Assembly (NCBI GenBank): GCA_041690135.1
Contig: JAWLHY010000009.1
Coordinates: forward strand, 1-64,000
Length of the DNA stretch: 64,000 nt
Direction of reading: 5' to 3'
From: Armatimonadota bacterium
GTDB lineage: Bacteria; Armatimonadota; SYMT01
A model generated the notes under the pieces. That model worked only from the letters and a program-made list of their open reading frames with translations, did no database searches and was not told where the DNA came from. Positions 19,200 to 29,156 of this stretch are shown here, one piece after another. Both the position numbers and the translations under genes were made by a program. The stretch's first letter is position 1; each line of letters opens with the position of its first letter.

Positions 19200-21001
19200 T
19201 GCGAACTGCCGGCGCGCCCGTTGATCTGCACCTGGAGCGCCCGGAACGCCTCGACGGTGGCGTCCGGCAGGTTGGGGAGACGGATCCCCGCGTTCAACTG
19301 CAATTGGGCTTCTTCCACCCGGTTCAGGCGCAGGAACAGATAGGCCAGGTAGTAGTAGCCGAGCGGGCTCTCCGGGTCCAGCCGCAGGAGACTCCGGTAG
19401 ACCGACTCGGCTTCGCGGAACTTGCGGTTGGTCTCGAGGGCGCGGGCATACCCCAGGAGCACGTCCGAAAGGCTGGGGTCGGAACCGGCGAGCTGCGATG
19501 CCTGCTTCAGCAGCGCCAGGCCCTCCGACTCGCGTTTCTCGATTTCGGCCTTGGTGCCGCCGGGTTGGCGGAGCAGGAGCTGGCCGAGCCGCAGCAGCAC
19601 GATCGGATGTTCCGGGCTGCGGGTGAGGGCGGAGCGCAGGATCGCTTCCGCCTCCGCTCCCTTCTGGCTCGACTCGTGGATCTCCGCCAGCACCAGGTAC
19701 GGCTCGATCTCCTCCGGAGTGTTCTTCAGCGACGCCTCCAGGATGCGCAGGGCGGCGCGGGCATCATAGTTCAGGTGATACGCGCGGGCCGCATAGAGTG
19801 CGGCGAAGACACTCTGCGGCATCCGTTGCACCGCACCTTCGAGAAGCTTGAGGCTCTCCTCATACTCCTTTCCGGCCAGCAGGAGGCGTCCCAACTCCGT
19901 GCGGGCGGGCCCGTCTTCCGGAAAAAGCTTGAGGATCTCGCGCTGCTCTTCCGCGGCACGCTTCCAGTCTCCGGCGGCACTCCAGGACATGCTCCGCATT
20001 TCGTGCGCCATGCGCTCCGCCCCCTTCGGGTCACGCGGGAGAGCCGGTGCGGGTACTTTCGCAAAGACCGCGGGGTCCGGTACTCCGGCCTGTTTCAGCA
20101 GGTTGCCGAGATATCCGGTGACGCTGCCGGCCGGGTAACCTTCCTTGTCCGGGGAGGGACGGTAGAGGGAGTGGAACACCGCCACCACATTCCCTTTGTC
20201 GAGGCTGACGATCGGACCGCCGCTCCACCCGGGCTGCACGTCGGGGCAGGCGCGGAGGGCGGCCAGGCTCGTTTCTCCCCGGCGGGTGATTTCGAAGAGT
20301 TGGCTGTCGTTGTGCTGCGGCCGTGCCAGCGACGCAACCGTGGCCTCTCCGTAGGTAAGGGGAAAGCCGAACAGGCGCAGCGGCCGGTTCTCGAGGGCTT
20401 CCTTGGCAGCCACCGCCTCCTTGACCTGGAGTCCTTCCACCGGCAGCGCGGGCAGACCGGCCTGGGGAAGGCGGAGGAGGGCGATATCCGCTACCCCGTC
20501 GATGGCCGCTACTTTGGCCTCATAGGGCCGGCCGGTCCAGGGACTGTAAACGAGGGCGGTCCGGTCCGCCAGGCGCTTGCCCTTGCCCAGATCGACGGAA
20601 ACGACGTGACTGGCGGTAACCGCCCAACTACCGTCGCCGATGAGAAATCCGCTGCCGCGGGCGGTCCGCAGGGAATTGACGGTGCGGATCAGGACGATGG
20701 CGTCCTCGGGGGTGTGCGCCGGAGCAGGGGCCTGGGCCGTGCCGGGTCGACCGGCCGCGCCACAGAGGATGGTGAGTCCCAGGACGAAGGTACGGGCCAG
20801 AAGGGGAGTGGGGGAGTGGGGAAGTGTGGGAGTGTGGGAGTGGGGGAGTGCGGTGACCCGGGTGACCTCACACTCGCTAGTCCTCTTCTCACCCGCAATG
20901 CCGTTCCGCGTTGCCAGGATGAGAGGGAAGCGAGGGAGAGTGGGAGCTATGGCCGCGGAGATGCGCCGAAGCGCTCTGGTTCCGTACCGCCAAACTCCCA
21001 T
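19196..21001 (-). CDS. trypsin-like (S1) serine protease with TPR repeats; start codon uncertain
   Basis: GSGF, TASHV (His), DIALL (Asp), PGWSGGP (Ser); C-terminal TPRs; signal-like segment around 20730-20800. Confidence 0.8.
   Translation of the reverse strand: MGVWRYGTRALRRISAAIAPTLPRFPLILATRNGIAGEKRTSECEVTRVTALPHSHTPTLPHSPTPLLARTFVLGLTILCGAAGRPGTAQAPAPAHTPEDAIVLIRTVNSLRTARGSGFLIGDGSWAVTASHVVSVDLGKGKRLADRTALVYSPWTGRPYEAKVAAIDGVADIALLRLPQAGLPALPVEGLQVKEAVAAKEALENRPLRLFGFPLTYGEATVASLARPQHNDSQLFEITRRGETSLAALRACPDVQPGWSGGPIVSLDKGNVVAVFHSLYRPSPDKEGYPAGSVTGYLGNLLKQAGVPDPAVFAKVPAPALPRDPKGAERMAHEMRSMSWSAAGDWKRAAEEQREILKLFPEDGPARTELGRLLLAGKEYEESLKLLEGAVQRMPQSVFAALYAARAYHLNYDARAALRILEASLKNTPEEIEPYLVLAEIHESSQKGAEAEAILRSALTRSPEHPIVLLRLGQLLLRQPGGTKAEIEKRESEGLALLKQASQLAGSDPSLSDVLLGYARALETNRKFREAESVYRSLLRLDPESPLGYYYLAYLFLRLNRVEEAQLQLNAGIRLPNLPDATVEAFRALQVQINGRAGSSQ
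20803..20850. repeat. six tandem imperfect octamers ([G/T]GG[G/A]AGTG)
   Basis: ggggagtg ggggagtg gggaagtg tgggagtg tgggagtg ggggagtg. Confidence 0.9.
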
Positions 21002-21033
21002 ACTTCTCTCCCTCCCTACTTCTCTACCCCCAA

Positions 21034-22152
21034 CTACTGTCCGCTGTGCTGGCGCAGGAACGGCGGAATGTCCAGGTCCGCGCGGCGGGATGTCCCCGGT
21101 GAAGACCCTCCGGAAGACGGGCTGGAAGGCGGCGTCTGGCGGGTCGGGCGCGTGGGTTGCTGGATGCTTTCCGGTGTGAACAGGTTGCCGGGAGTGCCGT
21201 TCTGCATGAAGCCGGTGGCGAGCACCGTCACGCGGACCTCGTCTTCCAGGGTCTCGTCGATCACACAGCCGGTGATGATGAAGGCATCTTCCGTGTCCGT
21301 GGCGCGGTTGACGACCACGGCCGCTTCCTGAAGCTCGTCCAGGGTGAAGTCCGGGCTGGCCGTGATGTTGAGCAGCACTCCGCGCGCGCCTTCGATGTTG
21401 GACTCCAGCAGCGGGCTGGCGATGGCCATCTCCGCGGCCATTCCGGCGCGGTTCTCTCCGGAGGCCACGCCGATGCCCATGATGGCGCTGCCGGCGTTCG
21501 TCATGATCGCTTTCACGTCCGCGAAGTCGACGTTGATCAGGCCGGGAATAGTGATTATGTCGGACACGCCCTGCACACCCTGCCGCAGGATGTCGTCCGC
21601 CATCCGGAAGGCCTCAATCAGCTTCGCGCGCCGCTCGGCCACGTTCAACAACCGGTCGTTCGGAATGACGATGCTGGTATCGACCTTGGTCTTGAGCTGC
21701 GCGATGCCCTCTTCCGCCAGGCGGAGGCGGCGCGGGCCCTCGAAGCTGAACGGCTTGGTGACCACGCCGACGGTGAGCGCGCCGATATCGCGGGCGATCT
21801 CCGCCACCACGGGCGCCGCGCCGGTGCCGGTGCCGCCGCCCATGCCGGCGGTGACGAAGACCATGTTCGAGCCTTCCAGGAGCTTCTTGATGTCCTGCCG
21901 GCTCTCCTCGGCGGCGTTGCGGCCGACCTCCGGGTTCCCACCGGCGCCCAGGCCGCGGGTGAGTGCGTCGCCCAACTGCAGGCGGACCGGTGCGAGCGAT
22001 TGGTCCAGGACCTGCAGGTCGGTGTTCATCGCGATGAACTCCACCCCGGAAAGGCCCGCTTCAATCATGCGGTTGACAGCGTTGGAGCCGCCACCCCCGA
22101 CTCCAATCACTTTGATGTTCGTGTAATTCGATATCGGCCGTGCTTGTGCCAT
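21034..22152 (-). CDS. ftsZ: cell division protein FtsZ
   Basis: [17 protein letters not shown] tubulin signature, NVDFAD, C-terminal LDIPPFLR. Confidence 0.99.
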   Translation of the reverse strand: MAQARPISNYTNIKVIGVGGGGSNAVNRMIEAGLSGVEFIAMNTDLQVLDQSLAPVRLQLGDALTRGLGAGGNPEVGRNAAEESRQDIKKLLEGSNMVFVTAGMGGGTGTGAAPVVAEIARDIGALTVGVVTKPFSFEGPRRLRLAEEGIAQLKTKVDTSIVIPNDRLLNVAERRAKLIEAFRMADDILRQGVQGVSDIITIPGLINVDFADVKAIMTNAGSAIMGIGVASGENRAGMAAEMAIASPLLESNIEGARGVLLNITASPDFTLDELQEAAVVVNRATDTEDAFIITGCVIDETLEDEVRVTVLATGFMQNGTPGNLFTPESIQQPTRPTRQTPPSSPSSGGSSPGTSRRADLDIPPFLRQHSGQ

Positions 22153-22221
22153 CTGGTTCCCCCGTGTGCGCCGGAGAATTGAAAAGTCCGCGCCCCTCAA
22201 TCCCCGTTATTTAATCCTGAA

Positions 22222-23454
22222 TCACGATCTCTTGCGCAGCCCCCTCAGCCACGCGAACAGTAGTCGCACCGCGGCGCCGGGTAGCGGGCGCGGTTCCGGG
22301 ACCGGTCGGCGCCCCACCGTGCGCTGCGCGGCGAACTGGAGCATGCCGGCTGCCGTGGCGTAGACGGGACTGTCCGCGGTGCCTCGTGGGTCGATCAGCT
22401 CGCGAGGTCGCCCCACCCGCACGGGGAGCTCCAGTACTTCTTCCGCCAGCTCCACCGCGCCCACGAGTTGCGAACCCCCGCCGCTCAACACGCAAGTCGA
22501 GACCCGTACTCCGTCCGCGGCGGCTGTGTCGATGTGCTCGCGCAGCAGCGCGAACAATTCATGCATCCGCGGGTGGATGATTTCGGGCAGCAGGCGGCGC
22601 GGGATCTCCCGGGCTTCCTCTTCGCCGATCATATGAATTTCAATGTACTCGGACGGGTCCACTTCCTCCACGCGCGCCGCCCCGTGCCGGACCTTGGTCC
22701 GCTCGGCCTGCTCCGGATCGATGCGGAACGCCATGGACAGGTCGTTGGTGACGTGGTTGCCTCCCACCGGGATGATCGTGGTGTGGGTGATTGCCCCGTC
22801 CGCGAACAGCGCTACGTCGGTGGTGCCCCCGCCGATATCCGCCAGGGCCACCCCCAACTGTCGCTCCGCGTCCGTCAACACCGCCAGCCCGGTCGCCAGC
22901 GGCTCGACGATGATCTCCTCGATCTCGACGCGCGCGCGCTGGACGCACTTGACCACGTTCTCCACAAAACTGGTGGCGGCGGTGACCAGATGCGTCTCCA
23001 CTTCCAGCCGGGAAGCGGACATTCCGATGGGGTGCCGCACGCCTTCCTGACCGTCCACGATATATTGTCGGGTGAGGTTGTGCAGAATCTCCCGGTCAGC
23101 TTCAAGCGTGATCTGGCGGGCGGCCAGGCGGGCCTGGTACACGTGCTCTTCGGTGATCTCCTGGGCGATCGGCACGCTGCCCCGGCTGTTGAGCGACTCG
23201 ATGTGCTCGCCGGTGATCCCCACGTAAACGCTGGCAATGTGGACGCCGGCCATGCGCTCGGCGGCGGCGATCGAGTCGCGGATGGCGGAGGCGGTGGCGG
23301 CGATGTCGGTGACGACGCCCTTGCGCATCCCGGTCGAGGGTGCGGAGCCCAATCCCAGGATTTCGATCTGGTCTTCGCCTAGAACCTCGCCAACCAGAGT
23401 ACAGACTTTCGTCGTGCCGATGTCCAGCGCGACGACGATCTCACTTTTCGCCAC
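22222..23454 (-). CDS. ftsA: cell division protein FtsA
   Basis: LDIGTTKV, DIGGGTTD, VLSGGG; adjacent to ftsZ. Confidence 0.98.
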   Translation of the reverse strand: MAKSEIVVALDIGTTKVCTLVGEVLGEDQIEILGLGSAPSTGMRKGVVTDIAATASAIRDSIAAAERMAGVHIASVYVGITGEHIESLNSRGSVPIAQEITEEHVYQARLAARQITLEADREILHNLTRQYIVDGQEGVRHPIGMSASRLEVETHLVTAATSFVENVVKCVQRARVEIEEIIVEPLATGLAVLTDAERQLGVALADIGGGTTDVALFADGAITHTTIIPVGGNHVTNDLSMAFRIDPEQAERTKVRHGAARVEEVDPSEYIEIHMIGEEEAREIPRRLLPEIIHPRMHELFALLREHIDTAAADGVRVSTCVLSGGGSQLVGAVELAEEVLELPVRVGRPRELIDPRGTADSPVYATAAGMLQFAAQRTVGRRPVPEPRPLPGAAVRLLFAWLRGLRKRS

Positions 23455-23866
23455 GTGCGGGGGATCTTTCCAGCCAGTGGCGGCGGATGACCGAGAGGTT
23501 CAGGAAGATACGGCCTCCCAGGGTCACTACCGCGGCCAGGTAGAGGTCGGGCACGCCGATCTGCTCGCCCAGGTAAACCAGCAGCACCGCCAGCAGCATG
23601 TTGACCAGAAAGCCGCTGAGGAAGACGTCGCTGCGGAAGCGGCGTTCGACGCCGGAGCGGATGCCGCCGAACACGGAGTCGAGGCCGGCCAGCACGGCCA
23701 GCGAGAGGTAGTCGGCCGCAAGCGTCGGCACCCCTTCACTCCAGATGGTGAGGGTGACGGCAAAGCCCGTCAGGAAGCCCACAACGGGCCACCAGACCTT
23801 ACTGGTGCGCAGCCGATGGCCGGGCGTGCCGGGAGCTGAAGCTGCCGGTAAACTCGGGGAGATCAA
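23441..23866 (-). CDS. sbp: small basic protein Sbp (DUF1290); start uncertain
   Basis: YLSLAVLAGLDSVFGGIR...FLSGF..N...GGRIFLNLSVIRR typical of DUF1290. Confidence 0.85.
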   Translation of the reverse strand: MISPSLPAASAPGTPGHRLRTSKVWWPVVGFLTGFAVTLTIWSEGVPTLAADYLSLAVLAGLDSVFGGIRSGVERRFRSDVFLSGFLVNMLLAVLLVYLGEQIGVPDLYLAAVVTLGGRIFLNLSVIRRHWLERSPARGEK

Positions 23867-24644
23867 TCTCCTGGGTCTCCTGGATGGTGATCATCTTTAA
23901 AACATCCAGGCCGCGGACCTGGATGAAACCGTTGGGCATTTCGAGCGCCGCGCGCAGCTCCTTGGGGTCGCCGATCGCCCAGATGGTGTAGGGCGCCGAC
24001 AACTGCGTGCCGTTCACCACGGCGTTGGGACCGACACAGCGCGCGGTGGTGGTCACGACGACGCGCTGTTTGTTCTCGCCGTTGGCCCCCGAGATTGCCA
24101 GCGCTTCGGCGCCGGCCGCCTTCAGCTCGTTCAGGAGGCCATTGATATCCTGATCGTGAACCAGCAAGGTCTCGTAGTCCTCAGGGGTTAACCCGGCCCG
24201 GTTCGTCTCGGTGCTGTCGCGCAGGGTGACTTTGATCCCCGGCCCCTGCACGGGGGCGAGACCCGCCATTGCCTTCAGTTGCTGAAGTTCTCGTTTCAGT
24301 AATTCGGTGAACCGGCTGTCGTTCTGAACGCTCTGCTCGTACTTGTTCACCTGGCGGCGGAGTTCCTTGATCTCCTTCTGCAGTCCCTCGTTCTGTTCCT
24401 TGTAGGTCGACAGGATGGCGGCCGAGACCCCGAACCGGCTCAACGGCATTCCGGAACGCCGGCGGTGAGAGGTGGTCCGGATTGCCAGGGCCAACATCAC
24501 CCCCAGCGCGACGCTGAGGGCCGTGACCTGCCAGACCCAGGTGAGGTCCGCGGAGTGGCGCACGACGGCCGGAGCTTGCTCCTGCGGTCCGGCGATACGC
24601 TCGGTGCGTTCTTCGATACCGGCTTCTGCTGCAGTCACTGACAT
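23799..24644 (-). CDS. DUF881 family protein (YlxX/YlxW-like)
   Basis: TM helix, coiled coil, AGLAPVQGPGIKVTLRD, VHDQDI, NELKAAGAEA, APYTIWAIGD. Confidence 0.9.
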   Translation of the reverse strand: MSVTAAEAGIEERTERIAGPQEQAPAVVRHSADLTWVWQVTALSVALGVMLALAIRTTSHRRRSGMPLSRFGVSAAILSTYKEQNEGLQKEIKELRRQVNKYEQSVQNDSRFTELLKRELQQLKAMAGLAPVQGPGIKVTLRDSTETNRAGLTPEDYETLLVHDQDINGLLNELKAAGAEALAISGANGENKQRVVVTTTARCVGPNAVVNGTQLSAPYTIWAIGDPKELRAALEMPNGFIQVRGLDVLKMITIQETQEIDLPEFTGSFSSRHARPSAAHQ

Positions 24645-24721
24645 GGGAGTTGCCGCACCTTTTTCGCCCACCCGTCGCGGGCAGCATCCCTTCCCTGTAC
24701 GGTTAAACGGAACTCCCGAGA

Positions 24722-25630
24722 TCAGGGTTCCCGGTTCTGTGGCGTGCTTTGCTCGGCGAGGCGCTTGTACGCCGGCCGGCCCGCGCACATGACGTCCAGG
24801 TGGCTTGCGGTTTCGGTGAGTTGAGGCCAGCCCTGCAGGGACTTCCGGATGTCCCGGAACTTTTCGGGCAACTCCGTCCAGCGACCCAGGCGAACGTCCA
24901 AAACGTCAGGCTGTGAACGAGAGGCTGCGGGGATCACGACATTTAACCATAGCTCCCCAGCCCCGTCAACGCGCATCTTGGCCACGTCGACCTCCTGGTC
25001 CACGGCCAATCGAGCGCACTCCAGTACGGCCTCGGTGAGCTGCGGCTGGAGACTCTTTCCCAGGACTGGGACTTGCTTTGCCGGCATCTCAACGAGGGGA
25101 AGATCGGAATCGGCCTGGCCCTGCTTGCGGGGGGCTACTTCCTGAAACAGGATGCCTTCCGCATCGGCCAGGTAGGCTTTGCCGGGCCGGTCGGGCCGCA
25201 CGACTTGCAGTGCCGGCGTGCGCTCCCGCAGGGTCACCTGCAGTGTGTTGGGCAACTGCCGCGCGACGACCGCCTCGCGGATCAGCGGCTCCGTCTTCAG
25301 TGCGGTGGAGACACGCGTCAGGTTGACGCGGAAAATGTTGCTCCCCATCGGCACCTGTCCGATCCGGGCGAGCTGTTCCGCGCTGAAGCGCTCCGTGCCC
25401 GCCACCTCGATCCGGGCGAGTTGCAGCCGCGGCGAAACGAAGGCCACCCGAAGACACTGCCCGATCAACAACAGCACGAAGAGCGACCGGACGATCCCGA
25501 GCAGGTCCGGTTTTCTCCGGTTGCGGTCGCGCCACTCGCCTCCGCGTCGCCGGCGCGCGCTTTTGACAACCGGCGGGTTCGCGCGCCGACTCGTTTCCCG
25601 TTCGCGGTTCTGGGGTGGCCTGCGGTTCAT
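24722..25630 (-). CDS. ftsQ: cell division protein FtsQ/DivIB
   Basis: Basic N-terminus, single TM, POTRA domain (IEVAG...RQLPNTLQVTLRERTP); position in dcw cluster. Confidence 0.88.
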   Translation of the reverse strand: MNRRPPQNRERETSRRANPPVVKSARRRRGGEWRDRNRRKPDLLGIVRSLFVLLLIGQCLRVAFVSPRLQLARIEVAGTERFSAEQLARIGQVPMGSNIFRVNLTRVSTALKTEPLIREAVVARQLPNTLQVTLRERTPALQVVRPDRPGKAYLADAEGILFQEVAPRKQGQADSDLPLVEMPAKQVPVLGKSLQPQLTEAVLECARLAVDQEVDVAKMRVDGAGELWLNVVIPAASRSQPDVLDVRLGRWTELPEKFRDIRKSLQGWPQLTETASHLDVMCAGRPAYKRLAEQSTPQNREP

Positions 25631-25635
25631 CGCGG

Positions 25636-26715
25636 CTATCCTCCGGTGCTGCCGTGGGTACCTTCGAGGGCTAACTCAATCATGCGGTCGAGAAGGCGTG
25701 AAAAGGGAATGCCCGCCGCTTCCGCCGCGCGCGGTAGAAGGCTGGTGGGGGTCATCCCCGGGATCGTGTTCACTTCGAGGACCCATAGACCATCTTCGGC
25801 CAGAATCAGGTCCGTACGTGAGAAGCCGCGGCATCCAAGTGCCTGGTGGGCGCGAACCGACAAATCCTGTGCCTGCCGGGTCTGCTCCGCCGAAATCCGG
25901 GCCGGCACGATCTCCTCGGTGGCGCCCGGCTCGTACTTGGAGAAGTAATCGTAAATGCCGCTGGCCGGCACGATCTCAATGAGCGGCAGACAGGAGGGAT
26001 CCTCGTTCCCCAGAACGCTTCCGGTAAGCTCGATCCCTTTCACATACTTCTCGACCAGCACCCCGGTGTCGTACCGGAGGGCCAGGTCGAGCGCCGCCGC
26101 CATCTTCTCGGGCTCCTGCACGATGGTGATGCCGATGGTCGATCCCTGCTGGCTGGGTTTGATCACCACCGGGCAGCCGAGGGCCGCCGTGCCGGACTCC
26201 AGGTCGCGGAGGTATGCCTCGGCCTCGTTCCGGCCTCGCAGCGTGAGCGATGGTGGGGTGGGGATCCCTGCCAACTCGAAGAACCTCTTGGACATGATCT
26301 TGTCCATCGCCAGGGCGCTGGCCAGCACACCGGATCCGGTGTAGGGGATCCCCAGCAGCTCCAGCATCCCCTGGATGGTGCCGTCCTCGCCGAAGGGTCC
26401 GTGGAGGCAGATCACCGCCACGTCCGGCCGCCGCGCGGCAAGGTCGGCGAGGTCGGCCATGCCGCTCGCTTCCAGGGCGCCGCTGGCGGCCGCGGCGAGA
26501 GCCGGCGACTCCGGCGCTTCTTCACCGGGGCCCGTGGACTGCCGCGCCGCGTTTCCGCCGCCGACCGGCTCTCCGGCCATGAAACCCGCGTCCACCGGAT
26601 ATGCATCGTACTTTTCCGGGTCGAGTGCCTGCAGCACCTGCCGGCCCGTCGACAGCGAAACCTTCCGTTCCGCCGACGCCCCACCCATCAACACCGCCAC
26701 GCGTAGCTTTTTCAT
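25636..26715 (-). CDS. ddl: D-alanine--D-alanine ligase
   Basis: GGASAERKVSL, LHGPFGEDG, MDK, LEVNTIPGMT. Confidence 0.97.
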   Translation of the reverse strand: MKKLRVAVLMGGASAERKVSLSTGRQVLQALDPEKYDAYPVDAGFMAGEPVGGGNAARQSTGPGEEAPESPALAAAASGALEASGMADLADLAARRPDVAVICLHGPFGEDGTIQGMLELLGIPYTGSGVLASALAMDKIMSKRFFELAGIPTPPSLTLRGRNEAEAYLRDLESGTAALGCPVVIKPSQQGSTIGITIVQEPEKMAAALDLALRYDTGVLVEKYVKGIELTGSVLGNEDPSCLPLIEIVPASGIYDYFSKYEPGATEEIVPARISAEQTRQAQDLSVRAHQALGCRGFSRTDLILAEDGLWVLEVNTIPGMTPTSLLPRAAEAAGIPFSRLLDRMIELALEGTHGSTGG

Positions 26716-28073
26716 CTTAGGCGCTCAACCAATTGAGTTCCCAGTTCCCGGATGTCCCCGGCTCCCATGGTCATGACCAGATCTCCGGGGCGGGCCTCTT
26801 CCGCCAGCCGCTGCAGGAGCGCTTCCCGGTCGGGTGCGTACTCGGCTTCAACCTGGGGGGTGGTCTCGCGGATCCTGCGGACCAGGGTCTCGCTCGACAC
26901 CCCGGCGATCGGCTCTTCCCGGGCCGCGTAGATGTCGACGACGAACAGCCGGTCCGCCTGGCCGAAGCTTTGCGCGAATTCCTCCATCAGGAGTTGGGTG
27001 CGACTGTAGAGGTGCGGCTGGAAGATCACGGTGGTGTGCCGGCTCAGGGAGCGGCGCGTCGCGTCCAGGGTGGCGGCTACCTCGGTGGGGTGGTGGGCGT
27101 AATCGTCCATCACCAGCACGCCCGCCACTTCCCCGAGCGTCTCGAACCGCCGTTCCACGCCGCGGAAACGGGCCAGCCCCTCGGCGATGGCTTCGAAGGG
27201 TAGCCCCTCCTCCAACGCCAGGGTCGCCACCGCCAGCGCATTCAGCACGTTATGCCGTCCGGGGACCCCCAGGGTGAGGGTGCCCAGCGTTTCGCCCCGG
27301 CGGATCAGCGTGAACGTGGGCTCCCGGCGGTCAAGGGCGAGGTCGCAAGCGGCGTACTCCACGTCGGGGCCCAGCCCGTAGGTCACGGTGCGGCGTCCGC
27401 TGCCGGACAGCAGCGCCCGGACGTGGGCGTCATCACCGCAGCCGATCACATAGCCCTGCGGGTCCACCCGGTCCAGGAAGCGGCGGAACACGTCCAGTAC
27501 GCCTTCCAGGGACCCATGGCAATCGAGATGGTCCGCCTCCACGTTGGTCAGGATGGCGATGCGCGGCTCCAGGTGGAGGAAAGAGTTGAACGCTTCGCAC
27601 GCCTCGGCGAGGAAGTGCCGTCCCCGGCCGGGATGCGCGTTGCCGCCGATGGAGGCCCAATCGCCGCCGATGAGCACGCTCGGGTCCGCGCCCGCGGCCA
27701 GGAACACCGAGGCCGCCATGCCCGTGGTAGTGGTTTTGCCGTGGGTGCCGGCGATTGCGACGCCGATCTTGCCGCGCATTACGCGTCCGAGCATCTCCGC
27801 GCGGACGATTACCGGAAGCCCCCGGCGCCGCGCTTCCGCCAGTTCGGGGTTGTCCTCCCGCGCGGCCGCGGTGTAGACCACGTGGGTCGCCCCGTTGATA
27901 TTCTCGGCCTGGTGGCCGATCTGCACGGTGGCGCCCTGCGCGCGCAGCTCGCGGGTGGTGTCGCTCTCCCGGAGATCCGACCCGGATACGCGGACGCCCG
28001 CCGCGAGCAGCATGCGCGCCAGCCCGCTCATGCCGGATCCCCCGATCCCGATGAAATGATACTGCTCCGTCAT
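26712..28073 (-). CDS. murC: UDP-N-acetylmuramate--L-alanine ligase
   Basis: GIGGSGMS, GTHGKTTT, DDYAHHP, FQPHLYSRT. Confidence 0.98.
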   Translation of the reverse strand: MTEQYHFIGIGGSGMSGLARMLLAAGVRVSGSDLRESDTTRELRAQGATVQIGHQAENINGATHVVYTAAAREDNPELAEARRRGLPVIVRAEMLGRVMRGKIGVAIAGTHGKTTTTGMAASVFLAAGADPSVLIGGDWASIGGNAHPGRGRHFLAEACEAFNSFLHLEPRIAILTNVEADHLDCHGSLEGVLDVFRRFLDRVDPQGYVIGCGDDAHVRALLSGSGRRTVTYGLGPDVEYAACDLALDRREPTFTLIRRGETLGTLTLGVPGRHNVLNALAVATLALEEGLPFEAIAEGLARFRGVERRFETLGEVAGVLVMDDYAHHPTEVAATLDATRRSLSRHTTVIFQPHLYSRTQLLMEEFAQSFGQADRLFVVDIYAAREEPIAGVSSETLVRRIRETTPQVEAEYAPDREALLQRLAEEARPGDLVMTMGAGDIRELGTQLVERLR

Positions 28074-29156
28074 CTATCTCTTTCCGGCCACTTCATGAAG
28101 AAGGTCCGCCACGCGCCGGGCGGCATCCGGTCGTCCTACCTGGCGACTGGCCGCGCGCATGCGGTCCAGCCGTCCCGGCTCTTCCAGGATCCCGCGCACT
28201 TCGCGAACCAATCGCTCGCCGTCCAACTCCGCATCACGGACCAATACGGCGGCGCCCGCCCCAACCAGCGCTTGCGCATTGCCGGTTTGATGGTCGGCCA
28301 CAGCGGTCGGGAGGGGCACTACGATTGCGGGCAGCCCCAGCGCGGTCACCTCCGCCAGCGTGGACGACCCGCCGCGGCACAACACCAGGGTGCCGGCGGC
28401 CAGCAGGGATGGCATGTCATCTTCATACGCGAAGGGATGGTAGAAGGGAGGGGGAGTTCCCACCTCCCGCACCACCCCGTCGTACTTATCCTTACCCGTC
28501 TGGTGGACGATCTGCAGCCCCGCCCGGCCCAATTCGGGCAGCGCCTGAAGCACCGCCCGGTTGAGCGACTCGGCGCCCTGGCTGCCGCCGCAGACCAGGA
28601 GGGTCGGCTGGTCCGGACACAGCGTGTATCTGGCCCGCGCGCGCTCCGGGTCGGCTGTCAGCAGGTCCTCGCGCACGGGCATTCCGGTGACCACCGTCTT
28701 TTCTCCCGGGAAGTAGCGAGCGGTGTCCGCATAGGTCAGTGCCACCCGGCGGGCGAAGCGGGAAAGGAGCACGTTTGCCCGACCGGGTACGGAGTTCGCC
28801 TCGTGGACCACCGTGGGAAGGCGCAGCAGCCCCGCCGCCATCATCACCGCGGCCGAGGCAAAGCCGCCGGTGCCCAGCACCACATCCGGCCGGAAGCGCC
28901 GCAAGAGCCCCATCGCGGAAAGGACACCCCACGCATTCACCGCCATGGCGGCTACCAGGACATGCGGGGCGCCGCGCCGGCTCAGCTTGCGGCTGGGGAC
29001 GGCCTGGAACGGCAGGCCCTGGGCCGGGACAATACGGGCTTCCGGACCGGCGGCCGTGCCGACGTAGAGCAACTCGTCGCCGCGGAGGCAACGAGCCACG
29101 CTAAGAGCGGGATAGATGTGGCCGCCGGTGCCCCCACCCGTCAGGAGAACTTTCAC
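28074..29156 (-). CDS. murG: undecaprenyl-PP-MurNAc-pentapeptide GlcNAc transferase
   Basis: GGGTGGHIYP, HEAN, GGSQGA, DHQTGNA. Confidence 0.97.
   Translation of the reverse strand: MKVLLTGGGTGGHIYPALSVARCLRGDELLYVGTAAGPEARIVPAQGLPFQAVPSRKLSRRGAPHVLVAAMAVNAWGVLSAMGLLRRFRPDVVLGTGGFASAAVMMAAGLLRLPTVVHEANSVPGRANVLLSRFARRVALTYADTARYFPGEKTVVTGMPVREDLLTADPERARARYTLCPDQPTLLVCGGSQGAESLNRAVLQALPELGRAGLQIVHQTGKDKYDGVVREVGTPPPFYHPFAYEDDMPSLLAAGTLVLCRGGSSTLAEVTALGLPAIVVPLPTAVADHQTGNAQALVGAGAAVLVRDAELDGERLVREVRGILEEPGRLDRMRAASRQVGRPDAARRVADLLHEVAGKR

Noticed and set aside
19199-21331. 710-aa plus-strand ORF
   Set aside because: Antisense to the trypsin-TPR gene and the ftsZ end; no motifs
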